Shown: positions 10,600-20,124, counted from the stretch's first letter. The stretch is DNA of 64,000 nucleotides from a virus (IMGVR_UViG_3300022723_000262:1541-65540); one strand, 5' to 3'. Made by a program: numbers and translations. Notes: generated from the letters alone by a model not told the origin.

Positions 10600-10666
10600 C
10601 GTCCATGTTTAGAAAACTGTGATGCACAGCGTATCGTCTGCAGGCGTCAGCTTTGCTGGGCATAAG

Positions 10667-11452
10667 TCACGTCTGATCGTCTGGTACATCGGCGTCACAT
10701 TCATCAACGACGTCTGGTCCGCCCTTTGGAGAATTTGGACGCGGTCCGCAACGCAGGCACTTCCCGTCCACGAACCACCAGGCATCAAGGCAGTATGCCC
10801 TCGCGATACTGTCTGTGGTGACTGACTTCGCAGCCTTCTGCGTTAAGAAGATGACCGGCGGCAGCCAGCCGTCCACAGCGACGTCATTCCTAAAATCTGC
10901 GATGAGTTGCGGCCGGTCATTTCGAACGAAGAAGTTTCTGTTCTTCATGCCTCTGGCCTTGTGGATGTGGCAGAGCATGTCAAGGACGATGATTCCCGCA
11001 AATCCGTCGTTATCATGCCTCTCGATCCTTCGGAGACTTTCAGGCGTCGCCAATACGATATTGGAAAACGACTGAGGCAGTCTTAGCGTCGTAACTGCCA
11101 CACGGGCTAACTGATCTTCTCGGAGCCACCGCTGGATGAGGACGGCGGCCATTTTCTTTGTCGCCGCGACGACGATCCATTGACTGCCCGGAGTCGCATC
11201 GTGCAGCGCGCGAATGACGTCGATTGTGCCACCCAACGGCTTGCAGTCCCCTACAAACACACCGACGTTGTTTGTGCCCAGGGTCCAGGCTGTTTCCGCA
11301 TTCAGCTCAAACCACCCCAAACGATTCTCCTCGAGCCGGGTTATCCGTGGACCACGAATCCATGCATCCCGATAACGACTCGCCACGTTTCCCGGTAGCC
11401 GTTCGCTGCTCATCAATCCACTCAGCTCAATTTGTGGCCGCAGTTTTTGCAA
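10667..11452 (-). CDS. Hypothetical protein resembling a degenerate SF2 helicase RecA-like domain
   Basis: VVAATKKMA, IVLATPESL and IIVLDMLCH echo motifs Ia, Ib and II, but no Walker A GKT and no DExH; overlaps the upstream helicase gene. Confidence 0.5.
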   Translation of the reverse strand: MQKLRPQIELSGLMSSERLPGNVASRYRDAWIRGPRITRLEENRLGWFELNAETAWTLGTNNVGVFVGDCKPLGGTIDVIRALHDATPGSQWIVVAATKKMAAVLIQRWLREDQLARVAVTTLRLPQSFSNIVLATPESLRRIERHDNDGFAGIIVLDMLCHIHKARGMKNRNFFVRNDRPQLIADFRNDVAVDGWLPPVIFLTQKAAKSVTTDSIARAYCLDAWWFVDGKCLRCGPRPNSPKGGPDVVDECDADVPDDQT

Positions 11453-13887
11453 AATCTGTCGCCCTTAGTGATGTTGCTGTTGCAGGCGGGGCAGGTAGCA
11501 ATCGCATCCGGAGCGAGCGTGGCTGCAGCATCGCTGCTTCGTTCTGTGACTTTTGGCTCCCCAACTGCCATCTCGTCATGAATCATCTGGAGAAGCTTCG
11601 TCGTAGCGTCCTTGCTAGCTGGCTCGTCTATCCGTGGATTGGCGATGCATCGAAAACATCCCGAATCTTCTTTGCAGTCGCATGTCTTCAATCTCTCCAA
11701 AGCCTTTTCGATCAAGACTTGAATCTTGTCGAAGGCCCCGGTCGTTAGGTCTACTCCGTCGTAGACACTGTCGTAGAGGTAGATCACAGCGTTGCCGTCT
11801 TTCAAGACTTCGCTGAAGGAAGAGAAGTCCTGAATGTCGCAGGGGCCGCTCACGGTGGGAAACAGGCTCGACAGCAACCGTTCGCACGACGTCAAGGCCG
11901 ACGCCGCCTGGCGTGGCCCTACCGCCGCGACGGCATCGTCCCAAAGAGATTTGCGAATCAGCACCTGTGTGGCGACGGTTGGCAGTGTATGGGCTGGCAT
12001 ACCAGCGGAACCCTGCCATTGCTGAATGACATTACCTGATCGGTCTTTTTCCGCGACGGCGACGATGAATTCGGTTACATCAATATCAACGGTGGCAATT
12101 GTTAGATCTGGGTAGTCCGCCACCGAATTTCGTCGCTTGAGACGAATCTGCTTCTGAATGAACGGCGATGTCTCGTTCCATGAGTACTCGCGGTCGAGCC
12201 TCACAATTTTCTTCCCTTTGATCACGTCCTTTACCCGATACCCGACACCTCCGTGTCGGTAGATAGCATTTCGATATGCCTCGCGAAGCAAATGAAAATC
12301 ATCGATTTCACCGATCTTCTCTGACCCACATTCAAGCGAGTACGACCCCTCGCCCATACTTCGAATATTGACCTCCGAATGTGGGTCGGATCGATAAAAG
12401 ATGTCGTCATCAAGTGAACCGCTGGCACGAAGCTCGGCAACCGTCTTGATGGAATCGCCCAACGCTCCGAGGTGTAGCCTGTCGTCGACACCGCCGACCT
12501 CGCTCACTGCGCACGCGTAGTGACAATACACGACCCGACGGTTGGAGAGGTTAAGCGCGAGAGGCTCATTCTCTTTAGCGAATAGCTCGTCCGGATGATC
12601 CGCATAATACGAATCGATGGGCGTATCAGCCGGAACGAGAATAATCCCCCCTTCTTTTCCTGCTCGCGCAACGCGACCAGCGCGCTGCCAGAGACTCATC
12701 ATGCTACTCGGAACCCCAACACAGACGACAACGTCAAGAGCGCCGATGTCGATCCCAAGCTCCAATGCGCTGGTGGAGAAGACCAAGCGAACCGACTTAT
12801 CGCGTAGCCCTGCTTCGATTGCTTCACGTTCTTGCGCCGAAAGGCCAGCGCGATATACCTTGACGAACGGCAATTCGTCATCCTTAGATGAGAGCACACG
12901 GGCCATCATCCGTTCGGCGGCGAGACGGCTCGGGCAAAAAGCAAGGACGCTGAGGCCTTTCTTCGCAAGGCTGAGGGCGATCTTCCGTCCCAGGTCGTAA
13001 AAATGATCGTGGCCGCTAAGCATCCAGAACTTCTTACGCCCTTGAATGCTGCCATCCTTGTCTGGTCCTACCTCGTGAAACGGCAGACCAGTCAGTTTCT
13101 CTAGGTGTTCTCGCGGATCACGTATCGTGGCAGACGTGGCGACGAACGTCGGGTTCGAGCCGTGGATTTCGCAGATCTGTCGAAGCCTCCGAAGAATATA
13201 GGCGACATTGGTCCCAAAAATCCCGCGGTATTCGTGGCACTCGTCGATAATCGCGTAACGAAGATGCGCGAAAAAACGGGCCCATTTTGGGTCATGATGC
13301 TGCAAAATGCCGATGTGGAGCATGTCAGGATTAGTCAGGGCGACCTGTACCTGGTCTCGCACGTCGTTCCTCACACCCTGCGGGGTCGAGCCATCGTATC
13401 GGCTGATCAAGTGAGGCCGAGAGGCGATTCTCTTCGAGATCGCATCTAGTTGCAGGGCGGTCTCTTTCAGTTTGGAAAACTGATCATTTGCGAGCGCCTT
13501 CTGCGGGTAAATAAACAAAGCGGTCGCGTCTCGGTCTCGCAGAAGTGCGTCGAACACGGGTGCCGAATAGATCAGCGACTTTCCGGACGACGTTTGTGTT
13601 GCAACAACGGTGTTGTTCCTAGAGAGGATCTGGCGAATTGCCAGCGCTTGGTGCTGGAAGAACCCGTCCGGAAACTCGTGTTCAAGCAGGTGGCGAAGGT
13701 CGTCGTGCAGGTCAATGTCTGAAACCGGAAGAAAGTGTCCTGCGGTCGGTCCGGTCGCGGGCGGATCATGGTGAACCGTAATGTCACCTTGCTCTGATAG
13801 CACTGTTGTAATGCGTGCGATCACTGATTCCGACGCCATCACCAATGCCTCCGGAAAGGGCACGGAACTGAATTGCACCCCCTTCAA
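11422..13887 (-). CDS. DEAH-box helicase with DUF1998-like Cys cluster (Hrq1/MrfA/DrmB-like) and terminal zinc ribbon
   Basis: TSSGKS, DECH, SAT, TSALELGIDIG, QRAGRVAR, CDC...GCFRC and CPAC...CKNC. Confidence 0.88.
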   Translation of the reverse strand: MKGVQFSSVPFPEALVMASESVIARITTVLSEQGDITVHHDPPATGPTAGHFLPVSDIDLHDDLRHLLEHEFPDGFFQHQALAIRQILSRNNTVVATQTSSGKSLIYSAPVFDALLRDRDATALFIYPQKALANDQFSKLKETALQLDAISKRIASRPHLISRYDGSTPQGVRNDVRDQVQVALTNPDMLHIGILQHHDPKWARFFAHLRYAIIDECHEYRGIFGTNVAYILRRLRQICEIHGSNPTFVATSATIRDPREHLEKLTGLPFHEVGPDKDGSIQGRKKFWMLSGHDHFYDLGRKIALSLAKKGLSVLAFCPSRLAAERMMARVLSSKDDELPFVKVYRAGLSAQEREAIEAGLRDKSVRLVFSTSALELGIDIGALDVVVCVGVPSSMMSLWQRAGRVARAGKEGGIILVPADTPIDSYYADHPDELFAKENEPLALNLSNRRVVYCHYACAVSEVGGVDDRLHLGALGDSIKTVAELRASGSLDDDIFYRSDPHSEVNIRSMGEGSYSLECGSEKIGEIDDFHLLREAYRNAIYRHGGVGYRVKDVIKGKKIVRLDREYSWNETSPFIQKQIRLKRRNSVADYPDLTIATVDIDVTEFIVAVAEKDRSGNVIQQWQGSAGMPAHTLPTVATQVLIRKSLWDDAVAAVGPRQAASALTSCERLLSSLFPTVSGPCDIQDFSSFSEVLKDGNAVIYLYDSVYDGVDLTTGAFDKIQVLIEKALERLKTCDCKEDSGCFRCIANPRIDEPASKDATTKLLQMIHDEMAVGEPKVTERSSDAAATLAPDAIATCPACNSNITKGDRFCKNCGHKLS

Positions 13888-14084
13888 GGTGGAGTGCGGA
13901 CAGTGCAGCTGTTCGTGCCATGTTTATCAAACACCGAACATCTTATCCGACCGCAAGGTTATGTCTATCCCCAGGGCAAGAAAAGTGCCGGTGATGCATG
14001 CAAGGCATTGCAATACAGCAACTTACAGAAGAAGCCTGGCGACGTATTCACTGCGGACAGGATGCCGGCGACGAGTGGAGTGAT

Positions 14085-14250
14085 GACGTGCGTTGCTGCT
14101 CCGGGCGGAGCAGTTTTTCGAGGATCGCGGGCTTGCCGGCGGTGACGCGGGGGGAGGAAGAGAAGCTCCTCCTGGATGTCGGGGGCGAGGAGCGCCAGGT
14201 TCAGGATCTGGGACCTATGGGACTGGGCGAGGTGGCCGGCGGGCCAGTTT
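14085..14250 (-). pseudogene. Frameshifted relic paralog of the recombinase-accessory gene at 16176-16580
   Basis: Translates across a frameshift as SQILNLALLAPDIQEELLFLP/RVTAGKPAILEKLLRP versus intact SQILALAQLALDIQEELLFLPRVTKGKPAIHEKMLRP. Confidence 0.8.
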
Positions 14251-14291
14251 CATCACGTCGGAAACTTCGCGGGTGAAACGAAGCTACGGCA

Positions 14292-15194
14292 TCAGATCGT
14301 TTCGCCGGCGCCGAGAATGTGATCGGCGATCCTCGCTCCGGTCCGTTTCGGCGAAGCGAGCATGAGGTAGTAAAGGTGCCCGCGCCGTGTGTTGCGAATC
14401 AGTGCTGCCTTGGTGACGTGTCCGAACGCAGCTCGCAGCCGGCCCTGATACCACTTTACAAGGCGTTTGCCGGATTGCTCGATCTTCTCCTCCGCATCGC
14501 CGAAGAAAGTGCGAGTCGTGCGGTAAACAACGTCGAACCACTCTGGCGAACCGAAGTACTCGTCGAGCATGGCACGTCGCTGGTCCGTTATCTTCCCGGT
14601 ATCGCGCGGCAGCAATCGCTGAATCGCCATACCGACGGGGAAATTCAGGAACACCTCAATCGCTTCGGTTTGTCCGAGCAATTCCAACGTCCGCCAAGGG
14701 ACTTGCATGCCGAACGGATCGAGGAACACCAGCGCCCGATTGCACCTCCAATCGACCTTCGGGTTGGCCACGACATTCTTCTGCAGATACCCGTTGCAGT
14801 CCTGCTGTCGAATGCGGATGGTCCGACTCTCACCGAATTGTTCCTTCAACGACTCGAGCTGAGCGACACGGGTTGGCGAGCGGTCAATAAAGACGTAGCC
14901 GGTGAAAGGGTGTTGGATGTTCAGCGCGACACGGGGAGAACCAGCGAGGAATTGCTGCTGTTCCTCTTGTGCCTGACCGAAGCTGGCGACGTCCACAAGT
15001 GGATTCGTTTTCGTGCGAGACTGGCCACGTTCTTTCTTCCGCACTTCGTGTTCGCCCGGACCAGCGAAAGCATCGATGTAGTAGAACCCCTCACACCACT
15101 GCTGATCCTTCATGATCGTGGTGTAGGCACTCAAGTACTTTCCCAACCGATCGAGTTTGTCAGCGGCCCAAGGGCCAACTACGCTGTCTGCCAT
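14292..15194 (-). CDS. tcmP: Three-Cys-motif partner protein (TcmP-like SAM-binding fold)
   Basis: YIDAFAGPG and LVFLDPFG motifs; adjacent to a DUF5131 gene. Confidence 0.85.
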   Translation of the reverse strand: MADSVVGPWAADKLDRLGKYLSAYTTIMKDQQWCEGFYYIDAFAGPGEHEVRKKERGQSRTKTNPLVDVASFGQAQEEQQQFLAGSPRVALNIQHPFTGYVFIDRSPTRVAQLESLKEQFGESRTIRIRQQDCNGYLQKNVVANPKVDWRCNRALVFLDPFGMQVPWRTLELLGQTEAIEVFLNFPVGMAIQRLLPRDTGKITDQRRAMLDEYFGSPEWFDVVYRTTRTFFGDAEEKIEQSGKRLVKWYQGRLRAAFGHVTKAALIRNTRRGHLYYLMLASPKRTGARIADHILGAGETI

Positions 15195-15207
15195 GTCTGC
15201 CCGCGCC

Positions 15208-16035
15208 TTATGCGGTTTGTCGATTGGGTAGCGCCGGAGTCAACGGCCAGGAGTCAGCAAGGGAAGCAGCGAGTTGCTTCCGCGTTGCTACATCTGGGAC
15301 GGCGCTACGAGTGACGCGCGGGAACTCATCGTAAGTGCGTCCGTCGAGTTCGCGTCCATTCTGGCTCTTGCGAACGCCTCCCCACTGCTTGAAGAAGAAT
15401 GGCACCTTCGCCTTCCGGCACTGTCGCCGGATGTTCAATACCCACGACTTGTCCATCGGTCTGGCCCCAGCGCCGCTTTCACCGCCAACGATCACCCAGT
15501 TGATGCCAGTGAAGTCGACGTCGCCTAGATCTTCCAGGAGAGGTTCCACCGACAAGAATGCCATCGCCGGGTTCGTCTGGCGAAGATGGGCTATGCGAGG
15601 TACACCATGCCGTTGGTTTTCGACGCTAACGCCCCACCAGATATGTGGCAACTCGGCTGCGAAGCGAAGCTTGGTTGTGAGCAGGTCGCGCATTCGCTCG
15701 GAGCGTTTCGTGAGCACCTGATAGATGTGCCAGTCTGCCGTCGCCATCGTTCTGGCAACGAGTTCGATGTAGGCATCAGGCACGTCCTTGTGGAATAGGT
15801 CGCTCATCGAATTCACGAACACCATGCGCTGCTTCGACCACGTGATGGGTTCGGTCAGTTTCTCCGGCACCAGCCGCAGGTCGAAGCCCTGCTCGTAGGG
15901 ATGGCCGGGCACGCCGCGAAATCGCTCGGCAAACGTCTCGGCGTAGCAGTGGGCGCAGCCGGGACTGATCTTGGTGCAGCCACGCACAGGGTTCCAGGTC
16001 GCGTCCGTCCATTCGATCTTGGAGTTCGCGCTCAT
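15208..16035 (-). CDS. DUF5131 / phage Gp37-Gp68 family protein
   Basis: IEWTDATWNPVRGCTKISPGCAHCYA, FVNSMSDLFH, WVIVGGESG, PFFFKQWGG. Confidence 0.93.
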   Translation of the reverse strand: MSANSKIEWTDATWNPVRGCTKISPGCAHCYAETFAERFRGVPGHPYEQGFDLRLVPEKLTEPITWSKQRMVFVNSMSDLFHKDVPDAYIELVARTMATADWHIYQVLTKRSERMRDLLTTKLRFAAELPHIWWGVSVENQRHGVPRIAHLRQTNPAMAFLSVEPLLEDLGDVDFTGINWVIVGGESGAGARPMDKSWVLNIRRQCRKAKVPFFFKQWGGVRKSQNGRELDGRTYDEFPRVTRSAVPDVATRKQLAASLADSWPLTPALPNRQTA

Positions 16036-16175
16036 CGTGGCCCTCCCCGTGTGTTTCCGGAATTGTAGTGTACAAATGTATCCATCGACAAGTGCCCGCC
16101 GCAGAATTGACCTTAATTTAATAGGTAACGACTTGCGGCAAATACTCCCAGATCAGTTTGTTCACCGCCGCAACC

Positions 16176-16580
16176 TCAAAGGCCGTTTTCCGACCGCAGC
16201 TTTGACCATATTACCCGCTGTTTCTCCCAGCAAATCTCGGCCGAGACGGGTCGCAGCATCTTCTCGTGGATGGCCGGCTTGCCCTTGGTGACGCGGGGCA
16301 GGAAAAGTAATTCCTCTTGGATGTCGAGGGCAAGTTGGGCCAGGGCCAGGATTTGTGACATCCGTGGCTGGGTGACGTGGCTCAGGCGGGCCAATTCGGT
16401 CAGGTCGGAGACCTCGCCCGTCTGGAGCATCCGTTCCAGGCGGATGGCGACGGCGACAAGTCGCGAGATACGCGGGATACGGCCTGGTGTGACGGGCGAC
16501 GCGTCCGACGGCTTGGTGGCGACGCGGCGGCGGCCGTGGGCTTCGCGGGAGAGTTGCAGTTTGCGTTTGACGGTGATCAT
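16176..16580 (-). CDS. Recombinase-associated HTH-like hypothetical protein
   Basis: ELARLSHVTQPRMSQIL...LALDIQEELL; ATGA overlap with the recombinase stop. Confidence 0.8.
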   Translation of the reverse strand: MITVKRKLQLSREAHGRRRVATKPSDASPVTPGRIPRISRLVAVAIRLERMLQTGEVSDLTELARLSHVTQPRMSQILALAQLALDIQEELLFLPRVTKGKPAIHEKMLRPVSAEICWEKQRVIWSKLRSENGL

Positions 16581-18139
16581 GCGGCGTCCTCAATGTTCCC
16601 ATCGGCCAGCGTCTTGATGGCCGACGGGTGGAATGAAATGGCGATGGTGTCGTCTGCGGGATCGAACTCGACGCGGGCGACCAGCAGGGCCAGCACTTGG
16701 GCCTGCTCGCGCGAGCTGAGCGCATTCCAGACGTTGTCGAAGTCCGCGAACGCGGCGGCGACATCGGATTCGTCGATGCGTTGGCGTTGAACTTCCGCAA
16801 CCCGGTTCTTGATGCGTCCCAGGTCGAGTTCGGATCGGGCAATCCTTTCGTGCAGGTCGGCCATGCGGGCGGTCGTGGCGCTGCTCGGATCGTGTGTCAC
16901 CGTCAGGCGTTTGATCTCAGCGTGATCGCGGCCGAGTTGTCTCTCGAGCTGCAGTTGCTGCGTGGCGAGCTCGGCCAGTTTGTCGTCCGAGGCGGACCGG
17001 GCTTGGCGTAGCACTTCGTCGCGCAGGCCAGAGTCGTGTGCGATACAGCGAATCTGGTCGACGACGGCGGCTTCAATTTCGCCGGCGGGAAGCGACTTGG
17101 TCGGACAAGTCTTGTAGCCGCTTTTGATCGCCTTTGTGCATGTGTAGTAACGGTAGCGTTTCGACCCGCGACCCGTGAACGTGTGGACCATCGACTGATC
17201 GCACGCACTGCAATGCAACAGACCCTTGAGCAGGGCACCGTACTTGTTGATCAAATAGTTGCCTTGCCCGCGGCCGTGCTGTTGTAGCGTCGCCTGGACC
17301 TTTTCGAAGACGTCCGTGTCGATCAGTGCCTCGTGCTCGCCATCGTACACATTGGTCTTGTGCTTGATCTTGCCGATGTAGATGGGGTTGGTCAGCAACG
17401 CGTAAATCGAACACTTGTCGAACGGTCGGCCACCGCGGGCCATGCCCTTCTTCGTCGTCCAGGACTTGTTGCACCATCCGCGCCGCGTCACTTCTTCAAC
17501 GACGGGCAACAGCGAGCCGAGTTCCAGGTACAGACTGAAGATCCGCCGCACCTGAACGGCCTCTTCGGCGTTGACCACAAGCTTGGGACTGGGGTTCGAA
17601 CGGTCGACGTCGTATCCGAGCACGGGGATACCGCCCGCCCATTTTCCCTTCCGGCGCTGGGCGGCGATCTTGTCGCGGATGCGTTCGCCGATGATCTCGC
17701 GTTCGAATTGGGCGAACGACAACAGAATGTTCAGGGTCAACCGGCCCATTGAATGCGTGGTATTGAACTGTTGCGTGACCGACACGAATGACACGCCGTG
17801 CTTATCGAACGTCTCCATGATCCTGGCGAAGTCCAACAGTGAGCGGCTAAGTCGATCGACCTTGTAGACGACTACGCAATCGATCTTGCCGGCCTCAATG
17901 TCGGCCATCAGGCGATTCAAGGCCGGCCGGTCCATGCTGCCGCCGGAGAAACCCCCGTCGTCGTAGTGTTCGGGCAGGCATTCCCATCCTTCGTGCTGCT
18001 GGCTGGCAATGAACGCTTCAGCCGACTCACGCTGAGCGTCGAGCGAGTTGAATTCCAGCTCAAGGCCTTCCTCGCACGACTTGCGGGTGTAGATCGCGCA
18101 GCGGATCGCCGGCGTCGTAGGTTTCTTTTTGCGGCTCAT
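16577..18139 (-). CDS. Large serine recombinase (integrase)
   Basis: CAIYTRKS catalytic motif, VYKVDRLSRS, recombinase domain and zinc ribbon; true start MSRKKK at 18139 overlaps the DUF2924 stop. Confidence 0.93.
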   Translation of the reverse strand: MSRKKKPTTPAIRCAIYTRKSCEEGLELEFNSLDAQRESAEAFIASQQHEGWECLPEHYDDGGFSGGSMDRPALNRLMADIEAGKIDCVVVYKVDRLSRSLLDFARIMETFDKHGVSFVSVTQQFNTTHSMGRLTLNILLSFAQFEREIIGERIRDKIAAQRRKGKWAGGIPVLGYDVDRSNPSPKLVVNAEEAVQVRRIFSLYLELGSLLPVVEEVTRRGWCNKSWTTKKGMARGGRPFDKCSIYALLTNPIYIGKIKHKTNVYDGEHEALIDTDVFEKVQATLQQHGRGQGNYLINKYGALLKGLLHCSACDQSMVHTFTGRGSKRYRYYTCTKAIKSGYKTCPTKSLPAGEIEAAVVDQIRCIAHDSGLRDEVLRQARSASDDKLAELATQQLQLERQLGRDHAEIKRLTVTHDPSSATTARMADLHERIARSELDLGRIKNRVAEVQRQRIDESDVAAAFADFDNVWNALSSREQAQVLALLVARVEFDPADDTIAISFHPSAIKTLADGNIEDAA

Positions 18140-18624
18140 TTGTCCCTCCATAGGCGAAAGAACAAGAAGCCGTTGACGTGCGAACCGGTGACCGCTTTGG
18201 CGATGGCCGACAGCGATCGATAACGCTTGCCTTGGAACTCGAATCCGTCGGCAATCACCAGCACGCGGATCGTCCGCCCTTTGTACTCGCGCTCGATCCA
18301 ATTGCCGGGCGGTGGGAGGCGGGGATCGCGGCCGCTGTCCATCTTGATCGTTGACGGACGGGAGTCGGTGCTCTTGGCATTCTTCTCGCGCGGCGGCGTA
18401 ACACGAATCTCGGCGTCGTTGGCCAGCTCTTCGGCTCGCTGTCGCGCTCGTTCCGATAGGCCACCTTCGGCATTGGCCTGCAAACGCCAGGCAATGCGAC
18501 GGATCAAGTAACGCTTGTGCCGGCTCCGGCACTCTTGGCCAAAGAGCTGTTCGAAGCGCTTGGCGAGTTTGCTGACTGGCATCTTTTCGAGCCGAGCCAC
18601 CTCGGCTGCCACAGTCTTTGTCAT
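18136..18624 (-). CDS. DUF2924 domain protein
   Basis: RRIAWRLQANAEGGLS, REYKG and YRSLSAIAKAVTG motifs; typical position upstream of serine recombinases. Confidence 0.88.
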   Translation of the reverse strand: MTKTVAAEVARLEKMPVSKLAKRFEQLFGQECRSRHKRYLIRRIAWRLQANAEGGLSERARQRAEELANDAEIRVTPPREKNAKSTDSRPSTIKMDSGRDPRLPPPGNWIEREYKGRTIRVLVIADGFEFQGKRYRSLSAIAKAVTGSHVNGFLFFRLWRDK

Positions 18625-18815
18625 GGCTGGTCTCCTTCGCCTCTGGTCGCTGCATTCGATTCATCCGGTCGTTGATCGACGTCGTCCGCAGCGAGCGGTT
18701 GGGGTTCGTCATTGCCTTGCGATTTCCAGGTTCCCGCCCGTTCGGCACGCTGCCGAACGCGAAACAGTCCGCGGGCCAAGAGGGCGGCAAGACAACTTTC
18801 ACGCGTTTCGTTCAT
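18621..18815 (-). CDS. Small hypothetical protein
   Basis: ATGA coupling to DUF2924; LAALLARG resembles VAAILALG of the upstream ORF. Confidence 0.5.
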   Translation of the reverse strand: MNETRESCLAALLARGLFRVRQRAERAGTWKSQGNDEPQPLAADDVDQRPDESNAATRGEGDQP

Positions 18816-19050
18816 CGTTTACCTCGCAATCCGGGTCTCGCGCGACATTGGCGAGACCGTGTGACACAGAGAGCCTCGTTTCCGAGACAAGCTCAAGGCC
18901 TGTGCCAGGACTTCGCGAGACTTGGCCAACTTCGGCCAGTTGGGCGAGGTTTCGATGGCGAACGACGCCGAGTGCGAGGATCGCGGCCACTTGGCGACGG
19001 CGTTCATCGGGAGTCAGTTCGCTGACGACCCCAACAGAAAGAGACGGCAT
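18799..19050 (-). CDS. Small hypothetical protein, first gene of the integrase operon
   Basis: LTPDERRRQVAAILALG; lies just downstream of the conserved promoter motif at 19111-19144. Confidence 0.6.
   Translation of the reverse strand: MPSLSVGVVSELTPDERRRQVAAILALGVVRHRNLAQLAEVGQVSRSPGTGLELVSETRLSVSHGLANVARDPDCEVNDERNA
18861..18897 (-). promoter_or_regulatory. Repeated leftward promoter-like element (copy 4, divergent)
   Basis: Minus strand CTTG-N9-CGGAA-N4-GGCTCTCTGTGTCAC; same overall spacing as copies at 33053, 35064 and 36235. Confidence 0.45.
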
Positions 19051-19110
19051 GAGGGCGGCTCGTTACCAAGGGGAAAGAATCATGTGAACGCTCGATGCGT
19101 CCACCCCTGG

Positions 19111-19144
19111 GTTATGTATGCCGTTTGCGCGCGGCACTGCGCGC
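19111..19144 (-). promoter_or_regulatory. Bipartite promoter motif GCGCGCAGT-N10-AACGGCATACATAAC (integrase operon)
   Basis: Both boxes and the spacing are identical to copies at 20051 and 40074. Confidence 0.8.
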
Positions 19145-19450
19145 GGCACGCGCAATAAGAGACGCGAAGGACCGTCTGCGCAAAGGGATAGAAAATGTCC
19201 CCCTGCGCAGATCGCTGTTCACCCGTCCCGCGACTGCCGACCGGCAAGAAAACCCCGGTTTTTCAGATGCCACACGCTTTGTGGCATCGCCACACGAGTT
19301 GTGGCGCCCCGTCTCCGCCGAGAGGACAAAACCCGGCGGTCACGGCTCGCGTCTGTGTCGTTTCTGCGGCCATCCGGTGCGCCGCAGCACAGCCAATCTT
19401 CGCGTACCCGGTGAATCGCCCTGGGTGGCTGCCTCCGGCAGGAGGTAGTC

Positions 19451-20044
19451 ATGAACGAGGGGTCTTCCGGTAACGAAGTTCTCAACAAGTACGCCCGCAC
19501 ATTGATCCGCGTCAAGGCCAAGCAGCTTGTCCGGCGGCACGGTTTCAGTCGGTCGGATCAGCCGGACGTCGAGCAGGAATTGTCTTTGCACCTGCTGAGC
19601 CAGGCATCGCACTTCGATCCCGCCCGCGGGTCGCTCAACACGTTCGTCGCCAGCGTCGTCAACTCGGCGGTGGCAATGCTGGTCCGCGAACGGGAGCGGG
19701 TGAAGCGGAGTCCCGGCGAGGACGTCGAGGTCCAGTCCCTGGCCGAGAAAGTGGAACAGCCCGATGGGCCGCCCGCGCCGCTGTGGTCGATCATCTCGAT
19801 CCTGGACCTCGAGCGTCGCACCGGTGGCGATTCACCGTCTGACATCGAGCTGTTCGAACTGACGGAAGGAGTCCGTGCCGCCATCGCGTCGATGCCGCCG
19901 GAGCTGCGCCGCGTCTGCCGCTCGTTGCAGAAGCGCACCCGAACCGACACCGAACGCGACTTGAAGATTTCGCGCAGAAATCTCGACGCAGCTATCGACT
20001 TTATCCGTCAGCACTTGACGCGTGCTGGTCTCGCGAAAAGTTAG
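19451..20044 (+). CDS. Phage-encoded sigma-70/ECF-like sigma factor
   Basis: Region-2-like DVEQEL...FDPARGSLNTFV and C-terminal region-4-like HTH; GGAGG RBS. Confidence 0.75.
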   Translation: MNEGSSGNEVLNKYARTLIRVKAKQLVRRHGFSRSDQPDVEQELSLHLLSQASHFDPARGSLNTFVASVVNSAVAMLVRERERVKRSPGEDVEVQSLAEKVEQPDGPPAPLWSIISILDLERRTGGDSPSDIELFELTEGVRAAIASMPPELRRVCRSLQKRTRTDTERDLKISRRNLDAAIDFIRQHLTRAGLAKS

Positions 20045-20050
20045 GCGGCC

Positions 20051-20084
20051 GCGCGCAGTGGGGCACGCCAACGGCATACATAAC
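20051..20084 (+). promoter_or_regulatory. Bipartite promoter motif (replication operon)
   Basis: GCGCGCAGT-GGGGCACGCC-AACGGCATACATAAC, 40 nt before the ORF at 20125. Confidence 0.8.
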
Positions 20085-20124
20085 TACGGGAAGGACACTC
20101 GAATCCACTTCCAAGGAGTGACCC

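Noticed and set aside
16080-16175. AT-rich stretch as attL
   Set aside because: No partner site is visible in the window, and serine-integrase att sites cannot be called from one end
18140-18802. 221-aa N-terminal extension of the recombinase in the ORF track
   Set aside because: Overlaps the DUF2924 gene in another frame; recombinase homology starts at 18139
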